A DNA stretch of 64,000 bases from Thermodesulfobacteriota bacterium (GCA_042573485.1 JBHPCX010000003.1:19306-83305), one strand, 5' to 3'; counted from the first letter of the stretch, positions 28,870 through 38,799 are shown. Translations and numbers: made by a program. Notes: generated by a model from the sequence alone, not told the origin.

Positions 28870-30453
28870 ATGAAAGCTTTTAGAATTTCTTCGATTATCC
28901 TGCTTACTTACCTATTCCTGTTCACAGGCTGCGATTCACAAAGTAACACTCCTAAGTCATCAGAACCAGGGGCTCAAACAGTCCCATCGCCAGGACCGCC
29001 ACGTCACGGCGGTTATTTAAAACGGGTTGTGGGTGCTTTTCCCAAGATCTTAGGCTACCCGGAAGAGTTTGCGCCCATCGACTCGGATTTTGCCGCCCCG
29101 GCACTTGAGAGACTGGTCAGCTGGGATGAGGCAGGAAACCTGATTCCTATCCTGGCAGAGTCCTGGGAAGGAGACCCGGAAAAAGAGACCATTACCTGGT
29201 ACCTGCGCAAGGGAGTCCTGTTTACGGATGGAACGGACTGGAATGCCGAAGCACTCAAATGGAACTGGGAGTCCCGGTTGAGCGCCGGACGTATGGTGGA
29301 TGGAAAATATGTCAAATCCCTGGAAGTGATGGATGATCATACCCTCCGGATGCACTTAAGTGATTACCACCGGTCGATGTTCCACAACTACGGCTGGAGC
29401 GTGATGGTTTCACCGACCGCATTTGAAAAGGCAGGGGGTGGGGAACTGGAAAAAAGCAAGGAGTGGGCACGATCGAACGCTGTGGGTACCGGCCCCTTCC
29501 GGATTGTGGAATTTAAACGGGATGTACTCATTCGATATGAGAGGAACGATAACTACTGGCGGAAAAACCGGCCCTACTTTGATGGCTTTGAGAGCAGGCT
29601 CATACCGGATCCCATGATAGCTTCGGCCATGATGCAGGCAGGGGAAGCCGATATGTTCACAAACGTGGATGTCCGTACCGCGCTTGACCTGGAAGAAATG
29701 GGAGTAAAGGTAAACTGGGGACCGGGGATGCTGGCGGCGCTGCTGCCCAATTCCAGCGATCCGGATTCACCCTTTGCCGATAGAAGGGTTCGGGAGGCGG
29801 TTGAATATGCCATAGACCGCCCGGCCCTTGCAAAAATGATCGGGCATGGAAAGTATGAGCCCCTTACCCAGCTGGCCGGAAAAAAATTCCCGGGCTACAT
29901 ACCCGATTATAATCCCCGCCCCTACAATGTGGCCAAGGCCAGGCAGCTGCTTGCAGAGGCAGGTTATCCCGGGGGATTTAGAACTAAAATCATGGCCAAT
30001 GACATACTCCGGGATCCGGCAGCCGCACTGCAGAGCTACCTGGGAGAGGTAGGCATTAAAGTCGAGCTTGATATTGCTGACACGGCCCGTTATATGGCTG
30101 CAGTTTTCGCGGACGGGTGGACCGGCCTGGTGCTAGCCATCTCGGGAGTCAATCCTGATGCCACGGATCTCTTCGTACATTTCGGCAAGGATCCCATGAC
30201 CTACCGCACGGGAAACATTGCGAAATCAGAAGAATACCTGGCATTGTGCAGCGAGGCTCTGCACACATATGACAAAGCCGGGCACTACAGCGTTCTCAAG
30301 CGGATGGTCAGGCAGGCCAGTGAGGACGCCATGGTGGTTCCCATGTACATAACTGCCCTGGCGACAGCCATTCAACCATACGTTCACAGCGACTATCCCA
30401 GGATTCACATTATTGTCTGGGATTCCTGGGATGACTGGATGGAGGAGCATTAA
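28870..30453 (+). CDS. ABC transporter substrate-binding lipoprotein, family 5 (Dpp/Opp/Nik type)
   Basis: Lipobox LFLFTGC; 527 aa. The WYLRKGVLFTDGT...NA and RNDNYW patterns are typical of SBP_bac_5. Convergent with the Dpp/Opp permease operon. Confidence 0.85.
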   Translation: MKAFRISSIILLTYLFLFTGCDSQSNTPKSSEPGAQTVPSPGPPRHGGYLKRVVGAFPKILGYPEEFAPIDSDFAAPALERLVSWDEAGNLIPILAESWEGDPEKETITWYLRKGVLFTDGTDWNAEALKWNWESRLSAGRMVDGKYVKSLEVMDDHTLRMHLSDYHRSMFHNYGWSVMVSPTAFEKAGGGELEKSKEWARSNAVGTGPFRIVEFKRDVLIRYERNDNYWRKNRPYFDGFESRLIPDPMIASAMMQAGEADMFTNVDVRTALDLEEMGVKVNWGPGMLAALLPNSSDPDSPFADRRVREAVEYAIDRPALAKMIGHGKYEPLTQLAGKKFPGYIPDYNPRPYNVAKARQLLAEAGYPGGFRTKIMANDILRDPAAALQSYLGEVGIKVELDIADTARYMAAVFADGWTGLVLAISGVNPDATDLFVHFGKDPMTYRTGNIAKSEEYLALCSEALHTYDKAGHYSVLKRMVRQASEDAMVVPMYITALATAIQPYVHSDYPRIHIIVWDSWDDWMEEH

Positions 30454-30459
30454 TAAGTG

Positions 30460-30490
30460 TCCATCCAGAAAGAGACAGTTTCTGGATGGA
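30460..30490. terminator. Hairpin between convergent genes (probable bidirectional terminator)
   Basis: tccatccagaaa[gagacag]tttctggatgga, a perfect 12-bp stem starting 7 nt after the stop at 30453. Confidence 0.55.
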
Positions 30491-30568
30491 GCTTTCAGCT
30501 TTCAGCGTTCAGCGCTCAGCTAAATCCGTGTTATCAGATTATTATTTTAGGGATGTTCCTTAAAGATT

Positions 30569-31558
30569 TTATACCCTGAGACAAGCTACCTGGTGGTCTT
30601 TGGCGATTTCCCTTAGTTGAGGCGTGACGCGGCCGCATTCGGGAAGGGCCATAAAGCAGCGGGGATGAAAAGAACAGCCGCGGGGAGGATCCAGGGGACT
30701 TGGCACCTCTCCTTTAAGGATGATGTTTTCGCGGCTTTCCTCTATGAATGGATCGGCGATAGGGATGGCGGAAAGCAGGGCCCTGGTATAGGGGTGGAGC
30801 GGATTTTCATAGAGAGTCCGGGAATAAGTAATTTCCACGATCCGTCCCAGGTACATTACGGCTACCCGGTCACTCACATGCCGCACTACGGAAAGATCAT
30901 GGGCAATAAAGAGGTAGCTAAGCCCTTGAACTCTTTCCTTTAGATCCTGCAGAAGGTTAATTATCTGGGCCTGTATAGAAACATCCAGGGCGGAGATGGG
31001 CTCGTCACACACAATCAGGGAAGGTTCACAGGCAAGGGCACGGGCCACTCCGATGCGCTGACGCTGGCCGCCGCTGAATTCATGGGGGAAACGGTTCATC
31101 ATTCCGGGATCCAGGCCCACCATCCTGAACAGATCTTCGATTCGATCCCTGTGTTCTTCCCGGTTCGCGCACATCTTATGAATCCTTAGAGGTTCTCCCA
31201 CAATGCTCCCCGCGTTCATCCGAGGGTCCAGAGAGCCGTAGGGATCCTGGAAAATCAGTGTCATCTTACGGCGGATTTCTTTTAATTTTTTTTGGGGAAG
31301 ACTGGTAATATCCTGTCCGTCAAACACAATCCGTCCGCCGCTGGGACGGTACTGGCGCAGGATACAGCGGCCGATGGTGGTTTTTCCGCAGCCGCTTTCA
31401 CCGACGAGCCCCAGGGTTTCATCTTTCATGATGCTGAAATCAACCCCGTTCACAGCCCTGACTTCAGCTGTTTCTTTCTGCAGCAGTCCGCGGGCCACCG
31501 GGAAAGACATTCTCAGGTCATGTACCTTGAGAATAGCGTTTTGGGTTGAATTATTCAT
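30569..31558 (-). CDS. Dpp/Opp-type ABC transporter ATP-binding protein (F-type)
   Basis: Walker A GESGCGKTT and signature FSGGQRQRIGVARAL, with a C-terminal oligopeptide-type extension. The start at MNNSTQ has an ATGA overlap with the upstream gene. Confidence 0.9.
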   Translation of the reverse strand: MNNSTQNAILKVHDLRMSFPVARGLLQKETAEVRAVNGVDFSIMKDETLGLVGESGCGKTTIGRCILRQYRPSGGRIVFDGQDITSLPQKKLKEIRRKMTLIFQDPYGSLDPRMNAGSIVGEPLRIHKMCANREEHRDRIEDLFRMVGLDPGMMNRFPHEFSGGQRQRIGVARALACEPSLIVCDEPISALDVSIQAQIINLLQDLKERVQGLSYLFIAHDLSVVRHVSDRVAVMYLGRIVEITYSRTLYENPLHPYTRALLSAIPIADPFIEESRENIILKGEVPSPLDPPRGCSFHPRCFMALPECGRVTPQLREIAKDHQVACLRV

Positions 31559-32538
31559 TGAAGCTCCTCCTTCAGGTAGCAGCGATAGTAGTGCTGCCCG
31601 TCCGCCTGAAAAAGAGGAGGACGGGGCTTTTGATAGCATACATCGATCCGGCGGGAGCAGCGGGGAAGGAAAGCGCAGGCAGGCGGCATATTAATGAGGT
31701 TAGGCGGCAATCCTTCAATAGGTACGAGTTTTTTCCTTTCTATGGCATCAAGCCGGGGAATGCTTTTAAGAAGACCGACAGTATAGGGATGACGGGGATT
31801 GGAAAAAATCTCGTGCGTGGTTCCCGACTCAACTATACAGCCGGCATACATTACATATATACGCTGGGCATAACGGGCCACCAGTCCCAGGTTATGGGTT
31901 ACCAAAACCAGCGAAGTCTCCAGTTTCTGCACCATATCCTTCATAAGCTTTAAAAGCTGGGCCTGCGTTGTTACATCCAGGGCGGTTGTGGGTTCGTCGG
32001 CGATAAGTATTTTCGGACTGCAGGAAATCGCCATGGCGATCATTACCCTCTGGCACATGCCTCCGCTGAATTGGTGGGGGTGATCATCAAGACGGTCAGC
32101 CGCGCCGGGAATGCCTACCATGCTCAGCAGCTCGATGGTTCTCTTCCGGGCGTCTTTTTCCGTCATTCCCTGGTGCAGTTGAAGCATCTCACCGAGCTGC
32201 TGACCGATTGTCAATACCGGGTTGAGAGAAGTCATGGGCTCCTGGAATATAATAGAAATCCGTGCACCGCGCACAGACCGCATTTCCCGGCTGTTGGTTT
32301 TATATTGAAGAAGGTCTTTTCCTTCAAAAAGGATTTTCCCGCCGACTATTTTCCCGGGCGCTTTAACAAGCTGCAGCACCGATAACAGGCTGACCGATTT
32401 GCCGCAGCCGCTTTCACCGACAATGCTGACTATCTCCTTCTCTCCAACATGAAAGGATGTATTGTCTACTGCCTTGACCAGTCCGGCTTCAGTCGCAAAA
32501 TGGGTCGACAGGTTTTCAACTTTTAATATTTCGTTCAT
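31555..32538 (-). CDS. Dpp/Opp-type ABC transporter ATP-binding protein (D-type)
   Basis: Walker A GESGCGKSV and signature FSGGMCQRVMIAMA. Confidence 0.9.
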   Translation of the reverse strand: MNEILKVENLSTHFATEAGLVKAVDNTSFHVGEKEIVSIVGESGCGKSVSLLSVLQLVKAPGKIVGGKILFEGKDLLQYKTNSREMRSVRGARISIIFQEPMTSLNPVLTIGQQLGEMLQLHQGMTEKDARKRTIELLSMVGIPGAADRLDDHPHQFSGGMCQRVMIAMAISCSPKILIADEPTTALDVTTQAQLLKLMKDMVQKLETSLVLVTHNLGLVARYAQRIYVMYAGCIVESGTTHEIFSNPRHPYTVGLLKSIPRLDAIERKKLVPIEGLPPNLINMPPACAFLPRCSRRIDVCYQKPRPPLFQADGQHYYRCYLKEELQ

Positions 32539-32545
32539 TTAACTC

Positions 32546-33442
32546 CTACAGCAAGCCTCTCAAACGGGGATCCAGGGCGTCTCGCAATGCGTCCCCGACC
32601 ATATTGAACGCAAAAACGGTCAACATGATGGCCAGGCCCGGGGCGAATGAAAGCACTGGGTTTCTTACCAGGTGTTTATAACCATCGTTGACCATGGCAC
32701 CCCAGGCGGCGCCCGGCGGTTCAATTCCGATTCCCAGAAAGCTGAGTGAAGCCTCGGCCAGGATAAGAGATCCCAGCTGCATGGTCATAAGGACCAGAAG
32801 CGGGTGCAGAATATTCGGCAGCACATGCTTAAGAATGACGGAGATGTCTCCGGCTCCCATGAGCTGAGCCGCCTTGACATAGTCGTTCTCCCGAATGCTG
32901 AGCGTCATTCCGCAGGTTACACGGGTATAGTGGGGAATGATGGCTACACTCAGGGCAATGATCACGTTTTGAATACCGCCGCCCAGAACGGCCGCCATGA
33001 CCAATGCCAGTAAAAGCATGGGAAAACACATGACAGCGTCAATGCATCTCATAATTACACTATATAAAAAGCCGCCAAAATATCCGGCGATCAATCCCAG
33101 CGTAACACCCACAAGAGAAGCAACCCCGACCGTCAGAAATCCAACCATCAATGCTGTCCGGGAACCGTAGATCAGCCGGCTCAGGGTATCCCGTCCCAGG
33201 GCATCACTGCCCAGCCAGTGCGAGCCGTCAGGCTGAATCAGGGCATCTGCAATGCCTACCTGATATGGATCGTAGGGAGCCAGGAAAGGAGCGAAAACAG
33301 CCAGCAAAAATACAATGATTAAAATGGTGAATCCAACCACCACAGTGCCCCGGGAAAAGAATACACGCCGCAATCGACGCCACTCACTCACGCGGGGGGG
33401 AGTCTCGGAATAATTCGCTTCGATGGTAGAAGTTTCATTCAT
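32546..33442 (-). CDS. Dpp/Opp-type ABC transporter permease (C-type)
   Basis: 298-aa polytopic protein whose N-terminal region has the HWLGSDALGRD motif typical of DppC/OppC. Confidence 0.9.
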   Translation of the reverse strand: MNETSTIEANYSETPPRVSEWRRLRRVFFSRGTVVVGFTILIIVFLLAVFAPFLAPYDPYQVGIADALIQPDGSHWLGSDALGRDTLSRLIYGSRTALMVGFLTVGVASLVGVTLGLIAGYFGGFLYSVIMRCIDAVMCFPMLLLALVMAAVLGGGIQNVIIALSVAIIPHYTRVTCGMTLSIRENDYVKAAQLMGAGDISVILKHVLPNILHPLLVLMTMQLGSLILAEASLSFLGIGIEPPGAAWGAMVNDGYKHLVRNPVLSFAPGLAIMLTVFAFNMVGDALRDALDPRLRGLL

Positions 33443-33445
33443 TGA

Positions 33446-34414
33446 TTATACCCTCCTGCCATATCTGATTTTGGGATTAAGCCAGGCATAGGATATATCC
33501 ACGAATAAATTGACAACCAGGACGATGGATGCAATTACAAAAGCAATGGCCTGTACCACGACGTAATCCTGGTCAAAAATACTGCTCACCAGCAACCGCC
33601 CGATTCCGGGGATAGCAAATACGGTTTCCACAATGACCGATCCGCCGAAAACCATGCTGACACCCATGCCCATCAGGGTAATAACCGGAATGAGGCTGTT
33701 TTTAAGGGCGTGTTTGAGGATTATCCGGCTTTCACTCAAACCCTTGGCCCAGGCGGTGCGGATATAATCCTGGTGTATGACCTCCAGCATACTGGAGCGC
33801 ATCTGCCTCGCATTGGAGGCCAGGCCGAAAACCGACAGGCAGATAACCGGCATAATGGCCTGCCTGGTGCTCAGCCAGAAGTCTTCAAAGGGAGAAGTAT
33901 AACCCGCAATGGGGAGCCAGTGGAGTTTGAGACCGAAGAGATAGATCAATAATATTCCCAGCCAGAAAACCGGTACAGTGACGCCCAGGTATGTAAGGGG
34001 TGTCAGTACCCTGTCCGGCCAGCTGCCGCGCCGCACTGCGGCGATCAGTCCCACTGTCAGCCCTATAAAAACAGTGCACATAAGGGCAAGCAGGCCCAGG
34101 TGAAGGGTCACCGGGAATCGCTCCAGCATAAGATTTCCGACTTTTTCCCGGTAAAATATCGAGGTTCCGAAGTCTCCCCGGAAAATGTCCGAAATCCAGT
34201 GGAAATACTGCACCATGATCGGCTTATCCAGCCCGAATTCCCTGCGGAGTTCTTCCAGTGCTTCCAGAGGCATGGCATCGAATTGCATGGTCTGGGCCAT
34301 GTAAATCAGCAGCGGATCTCCCGGCAGAAGCCTCATGACAAAAAAAACCGCCAGGCTTACCAGCAGCAGAGTAAGTAAAGCCAGGAGCAGTCTGCGGATT
34401 ATAAAAGACGTCAT
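33446..34414 (-). CDS. Dpp/Opp-type ABC transporter permease (B-type)
   Basis: The N-terminus IIRRLLLALLTLLLVSLAVFFVMRLLPGDP is typical of DppB/OppB. Confidence 0.9.
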   Translation of the reverse strand: MTSFIIRRLLLALLTLLLVSLAVFFVMRLLPGDPLLIYMAQTMQFDAMPLEALEELRREFGLDKPIMVQYFHWISDIFRGDFGTSIFYREKVGNLMLERFPVTLHLGLLALMCTVFIGLTVGLIAAVRRGSWPDRVLTPLTYLGVTVPVFWLGILLIYLFGLKLHWLPIAGYTSPFEDFWLSTRQAIMPVICLSVFGLASNARQMRSSMLEVIHQDYIRTAWAKGLSESRIILKHALKNSLIPVITLMGMGVSMVFGGSVIVETVFAIPGIGRLLVSSIFDQDYVVVQAIAFVIASIVLVVNLFVDISYAWLNPKIRYGRRV

Positions 34415-34591
34415 TATTTCAATGATACCTTTAATTCATGGTTTGCAGCGAGTTGTTTGTGGTTTATGGCTGGTTGCGGGTTGCTCGTTATTAATACTAT
34501 ATGGTTGGCTGCATGTTTTTGATCGATAAGAAACAACTATCTATATATAACACACAACCAACCACTCGCAACTAAAAACAGGCTTCGACTT

Positions 34592-36289
34592 TTACCTCCA
34601 CTCGTCAATATTGACCGACCGGCCAGCTCTCATACCGCCTATCATCCAGTAGTTGTTGTTGCCCGAACCGGTGACAACTACGTCGAAACTTCCACCGCCC
34701 ATACCAAAGCCTCCCATTTTGCTTTTGGGAGCGGCTCCTGTATCGGTAACATACTTGTTGAGCTTATCTACCGTATCATAGCCGGCGTCGGCGACAATAT
34801 TAGCAACTGACGGGCCGAGGACTGCAAAAGTTCCGAACATTGTCCCCTGCTGGCTGTAGATATTTTTCATAGCCTGAGCATAGTTCGGAAGCTCTGACCA
34901 GTCATTGGCTTTCCAGTTTACAGCGGAAAGAATACCCCAGCCTGATAACAGAGTGACGACATTGTCGCCTTTTTCATATTTAGCCGGCGGCGGCCCTCCA
35001 GGCCTTCCAAATCCAAATCCTCCTCCTGCGCCACTTTTCCTGACAGAAAAAGGTTTCCAGGGGGAGTTCTCTTCGTTTTCAGCAATGATGATATTGATCG
35101 CATTCGCGGCATTACCGACAGTCCCCGTGTAGGTTGTTCCAATTTTTCCGCAGTTACCGCCATTGATGGAAAGCAGGCTCCAGGCCCGGCCGATGGTTGT
35201 ATTGGCATGGGCAAATGGTCCTACGGCGCCGATATCATAGTTAAGCCCTATTTCATCGCGGATATTTCCGTTGATTACAGCACCTGCCATGAACCCGTTA
35301 TCGGAAATATTCACGGCGGTCGAGCCGGTAGAACCTATTGCAAGAATAACCGGGAAATATTCCGGTTTGGCCCCCGCCATTACAGCGTTGATGGCCGCGG
35401 TTTTAACCGTATATGTCCACATTTCACCTGCTTCTGACCCGGGATTCATTCTGCCGAGTACTTCGTCAGGGTCATGGCTTGTGCCCATCAGCATCTCATC
35501 AACCAGTTCCTTTGTCGGAAGTATGACCGGCATAAAATCGGTATATCTTTTTTCAAGAAAAAGCTTCTGAAGGGCTGCCGGTGTATCGGTGTAGGTGGCC
35601 GGCGGAGGATCATGTTTCAATTCACCGGGATCCTTTTCTTTGGCATTCAGCGGCTTTGTAAGTTTTTCCACAATCTCCTTCATGACCGGCTTGCCCGAAA
35701 GGGGATTATTACCTGCAATAATCTGAGCCTTTATCTGCGCATTGTCTCTTCCCCAGACCGGACCAGGGATATACTGAATCCTGATGCCCGGTATGCCGTA
35801 GTTATAGGCTACCTCTATTTCCTGTGGAGCAAATTCGCTCAGGAGGATAGGTACTGAAGGTTTTTTTAATTTGGATTCCAGGTCGATTGCGAGGCGAACT
35901 GCCCCGGGAGCGCAAACACTTCAATGCCCCACCCCGAGAATCACGGCGTCTCCTTTCTCTCCGATCTCCGTCATCACGTTCTGAGGAATGTTGGTCATCC
36001 CTCCACGAGCCATCACGATGTTAACATTCGGATAGTTGGCCTTGAACCAGTTGCCTAACTCTTCCAATAGGCGGCCGGAATTTGGAAAGCCGGTATTAAT
36101 CATGTAGATGGTTTTGCCGTCCAGGCTGCCCAGGCGATCGGCCATTTGCTTCTTTTCGATCGGCGGGGGTGTGCCCAGGGGATTTAATACTGTAATTTTT
36201 TCTGCTGCACTGGCCTGACTGCCCATCATCAAAAAACCGAAAGTAAGGCCTATGCATAAAAACGCAATTACTGCTCCACGCAATTTCAT
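34592..36289 (-). CDS. Exported U-x-x-C selenoprotein, paralog C (UGSC-like N-terminal domain fused to uncharacterised C-terminal domain)
   Basis: 1698 nt (566 codons) in one frame with a single internal TGA at 35921-35923. I translated the 79 codons between that TGA and the ORF-track start at 35683 and found no stop. ATG at 36289 follows GGAGGA. Signal peptide ...MMGSQASA. Motif LGVGH-U-SVCAPG. Alignable to paralog B along its full length, and both end in (D/E)WR. Confidence 0.8.
35890..35906 (-). promoter_or_regulatory. SECIS-like hairpin downstream of TGA 35921-35923
   Basis: mRNA CGGGGC[AGUUC]GCCUCG, 6 bp including one G-U pair. The loop begins 20 nt after UGA and contains GU. Confidence 0.5.
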
Positions 36290-36352
36290 GTCTTATTCCT
36301 CCGTTATTAAGGTTAAAATTATGTTTAATTGATATTCTACTTGATTCATAAT

Positions 36353-36457
36353 ATCAATTACCAATTAACAATGATCAATTAACAAATATCGGCTACCAAT
36401 TAACAAATATCAATGATCAATTAACAATAACCAATGATCAATGACTAATGATCAACG
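36353..36457. repeat. CAAT-period tract (longest in window) between the two tandem selenoprotein genes
   Basis: atcaattaccaattaacaatgatcaattaacaaatatcggctaccaattaacaaatatcaatgatcaattaacaataaccaatgatcaatgactaatgatcaac. Confidence 0.75.
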
Positions 36458-36460
36458 ATT

Positions 36461-38113
36461 CTACCTCCAATCATCAATGAGGGTGCTTCCCCCCATCATG
36501 CCCGGTCCCATCATGAAATCAGTCACAAACCAGGTTGTCTGGACTCCTCCTCCCGTAACAATTATTTTTACAGAATCTTTCCGGAAGGGTTTTACCTTTT
36601 CACCGGAAGGGTATTGAATTTTTTCAACATTTTCCGCGAACCACTGGCTCAACTGGTCCTTGGTATTAAAACCCAGGCTATCCTTTAGAAGATCGGCAAC
36701 AGTCGGGTCCATAATAACCGTGGCAGATCCCATTGTAAGGGCCTTCATATACTCGCCCATCCATTTATTTACAGGGTAATCCCGCACGGCCATCACAACA
36801 CTGGAGATATATGACCAGCCGATTCCAACGGAAAGAACGTTGTCTTCGGGCTTGAATCCCATCTGCACATGAAAAGGCTCCCACCCTTCAGGCAGTGCTT
36901 CCTCGTTTTCCGCTATGCAGACATTATTGTACTGCATGGTGCTTCCCAGTGTACTCCAGGTTGTTTTTTCACTGTGCAGGCCGCCGATGGTCTTGGACAT
37001 AATTGTGTAGCTGCGGCCGATAACCGAATTGGCTTCATTATGGGGTCCCATGACGTTGGTGCCGTAATTCATGTTGATCTCATCCCTTATGGGCCCGTTG
37101 ACCAGGATCATGTTGGCCATGGAGGATGTAGAGTTACCAAAGGGTACGTGATTGGCAAGGGCAAGGATAACCGGCAGATGTTCCGGCCCGGCGCCGGCCA
37201 TAACAGCGCAGGCTGCCACCCTTTCAACTGTAACTTCCCTTTTCCCTCCCGGCCAGTCCAGTGTCTTGATGACTTCCTCAGGGCTACGAGAAGTGCCTTC
37301 CAGCATTTTTGCCACTCTTTCCTCAGTGGGAAGGACTATGGGAAGATAGTCTGTCCAGTCATTGTCCTTAAAAAGCTGATGGAGGTTCTCTTCTGTGTCC
37401 GGACCGAGAAAACGGGATGCCGCTGGCTGCTGATCAGGAGCCTGACCCTTGTATTTCTCATTCCCGGTAAGAGGAGTGGTCAAAGCGTCGATGAATGCCT
37501 GCATCATGGGTTTTCCGCTTACAACATCTTTGCCCTTAAAAATATATTGATGGTGGACCGATTGAGGCTGCCCTGCCACCGGGAATGGAAAGGCTATATA
37601 TCGAATGGGTGATCCATTTGTGTACTTGAAATCGTGATTTTGAGCGTAATTAATAATATTGGCTGCCGCGCCTCCGACAGCAGGAATACCATACTGCTGT
37701 TCCAGCTCTTTACAGTTTCGACTCACGGCCGAAGTACAGCTGTCTCAACCGGATATCCCGAATATGGCCGCGTCCCCCTTTTCGGATATTTCCTTGAGAA
37801 GTTCAGGCTGCGGAGTCATGTAGGAACCCCTGATTCCCCTGACCTCTATTTTTACACCCGGCATATTCTTGGCAAACCAGGCCTTCATTTCTCTGTAAAT
37901 GCTGGGAGCTGCCTCCGGGCCGCCCCATCCGATATCCACCAGGAAGATGGTTTTTCCTTCCAGGGTATCGAGCCGGGGTGCAAGGGGTATACGGTCGACC
38001 ATCCTGTTAGGCGGTGTCGGGTTCAATACCCTGATTTTTTGTGAAGCATATGCTGTGGAATATACAGCCATAAGAAGAACAATAAGTATTACGGGCCATA
38101 TCTTTCTGCTCAA
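36461..38113 (-). CDS. Exported U-x-x-C selenoprotein, paralog B (UGSC-like N-terminal domain fused to uncharacterised C-terminal domain)
   Basis: 1653 nt (551 codons) in one frame with a single internal TGA at 37745-37747. TTG at 38113 follows GGAGGTG. Signal peptide ...AVYSTAYA. Motif FGISG-U-DSCTSAVSRNCKELEQQYGIPAVGG. The ORF track splits it into 37745..38113 and 36461..37726. Confidence 0.85.
37717..37733 (-). promoter_or_regulatory. SECIS-like hairpin downstream of TGA 37745-37747
   Basis: mRNA UUCGGC[CGUGA]GUCGAA, in which a G-U wobble replaces the G-C pair of paralog A. The loop begins 17 nt after UGA. Confidence 0.6.
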
Positions 38114-38440
38114 ATTGCACCTCCGGTTTAAAGGTTGCTAATTCGTTGATAAGAATTCCCTTTTTTCACGCAAGTTGAGTATATGGAGTCACATGTTGCA
38201 AGTCAATAGGGAAAAATTTGTCATTTGTCATTTATCATTTGTCAATTATCAATGACCGATGTTCAATGACAATTGATTTTGTGCATGGCTGCCCAATAAA
38301 ATGTGTGTTCTATCCCTTTCTTTTTATGCTCAAAGCAAAGAAAACTCTGAAAGCCTTGCTGTTCCTTGTTTTTTGACTCTATATTTCTTTCCGGCACAGA
38401 TATTGAAAAGAGTATCTAACTAAAAAAGGAGGAAACAGGA

Positions 38441-38689
38441 ATGGGACAACCGGAAAAAAGATTTAAATGCGGCAGATGCGAGGTATCGATCTTTGAGAAC
38501 ATTAGAACTGCAAAGGATGGAAGGGAAGTAAGTACCAGAAAAGCCTCTTTTCAGATACGGTACAAAGATTCGGATGGAGAGTGGAAGTCCACCCAGAGTC
38601 TCGATATCAATGATATCCCCAAGGCCCGGCTGGCACTTGATGAGGCCTATAAGTATCTGGTTCTCAGGAAAGAGGACAGTGAGCAATGA
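38441..38689 (+). CDS. Small hypothetical protein (weak resemblance to PC4/YdbC-type nucleic-acid-binding proteins)
   Basis: 82-aa ORF with AGGAGG upstream. The pattern FQIRYKDSDGEWKSTQSL...IPKARLALDEAYKYL only recalls the family. The tail DSEQ* is read from a CAAT tract. Confidence 0.4.
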   Translation: MGQPEKRFKCGRCEVSIFENIRTAKDGREVSTRKASFQIRYKDSDGEWKSTQSLDINDIPKARLALDEAYKYLVLRKEDSEQ

Positions 38690-38752
38690 TCAATAACCAA
38701 TGATTAATGAAAAGCTTTTAGTGTTAATTGCTAATTGTTTATTGTTAATTGT
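38683..38752. repeat. CAAT-period tract arranged as an inverted repeat
   Basis: gcaatgatcaataaccaatgattaatg ... gtgttaattgctaattgtttattgttaattg. Confidence 0.7.
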
Positions 38753-38754
38753 TT

Positions 38755-38799
38755 GCTCCGCAAACAAAAACGCCGGGCGCTTGAAAAACAACGCCCGGC
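38755..38799 (-). terminator. Intrinsic terminator-like hairpin (minus-strand sense)
   Basis: Minus strand reads GCCGGGCG[uuguuuuucaa]CGCCCGGC followed by GUUUUUGUUUG. Confidence 0.5.
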
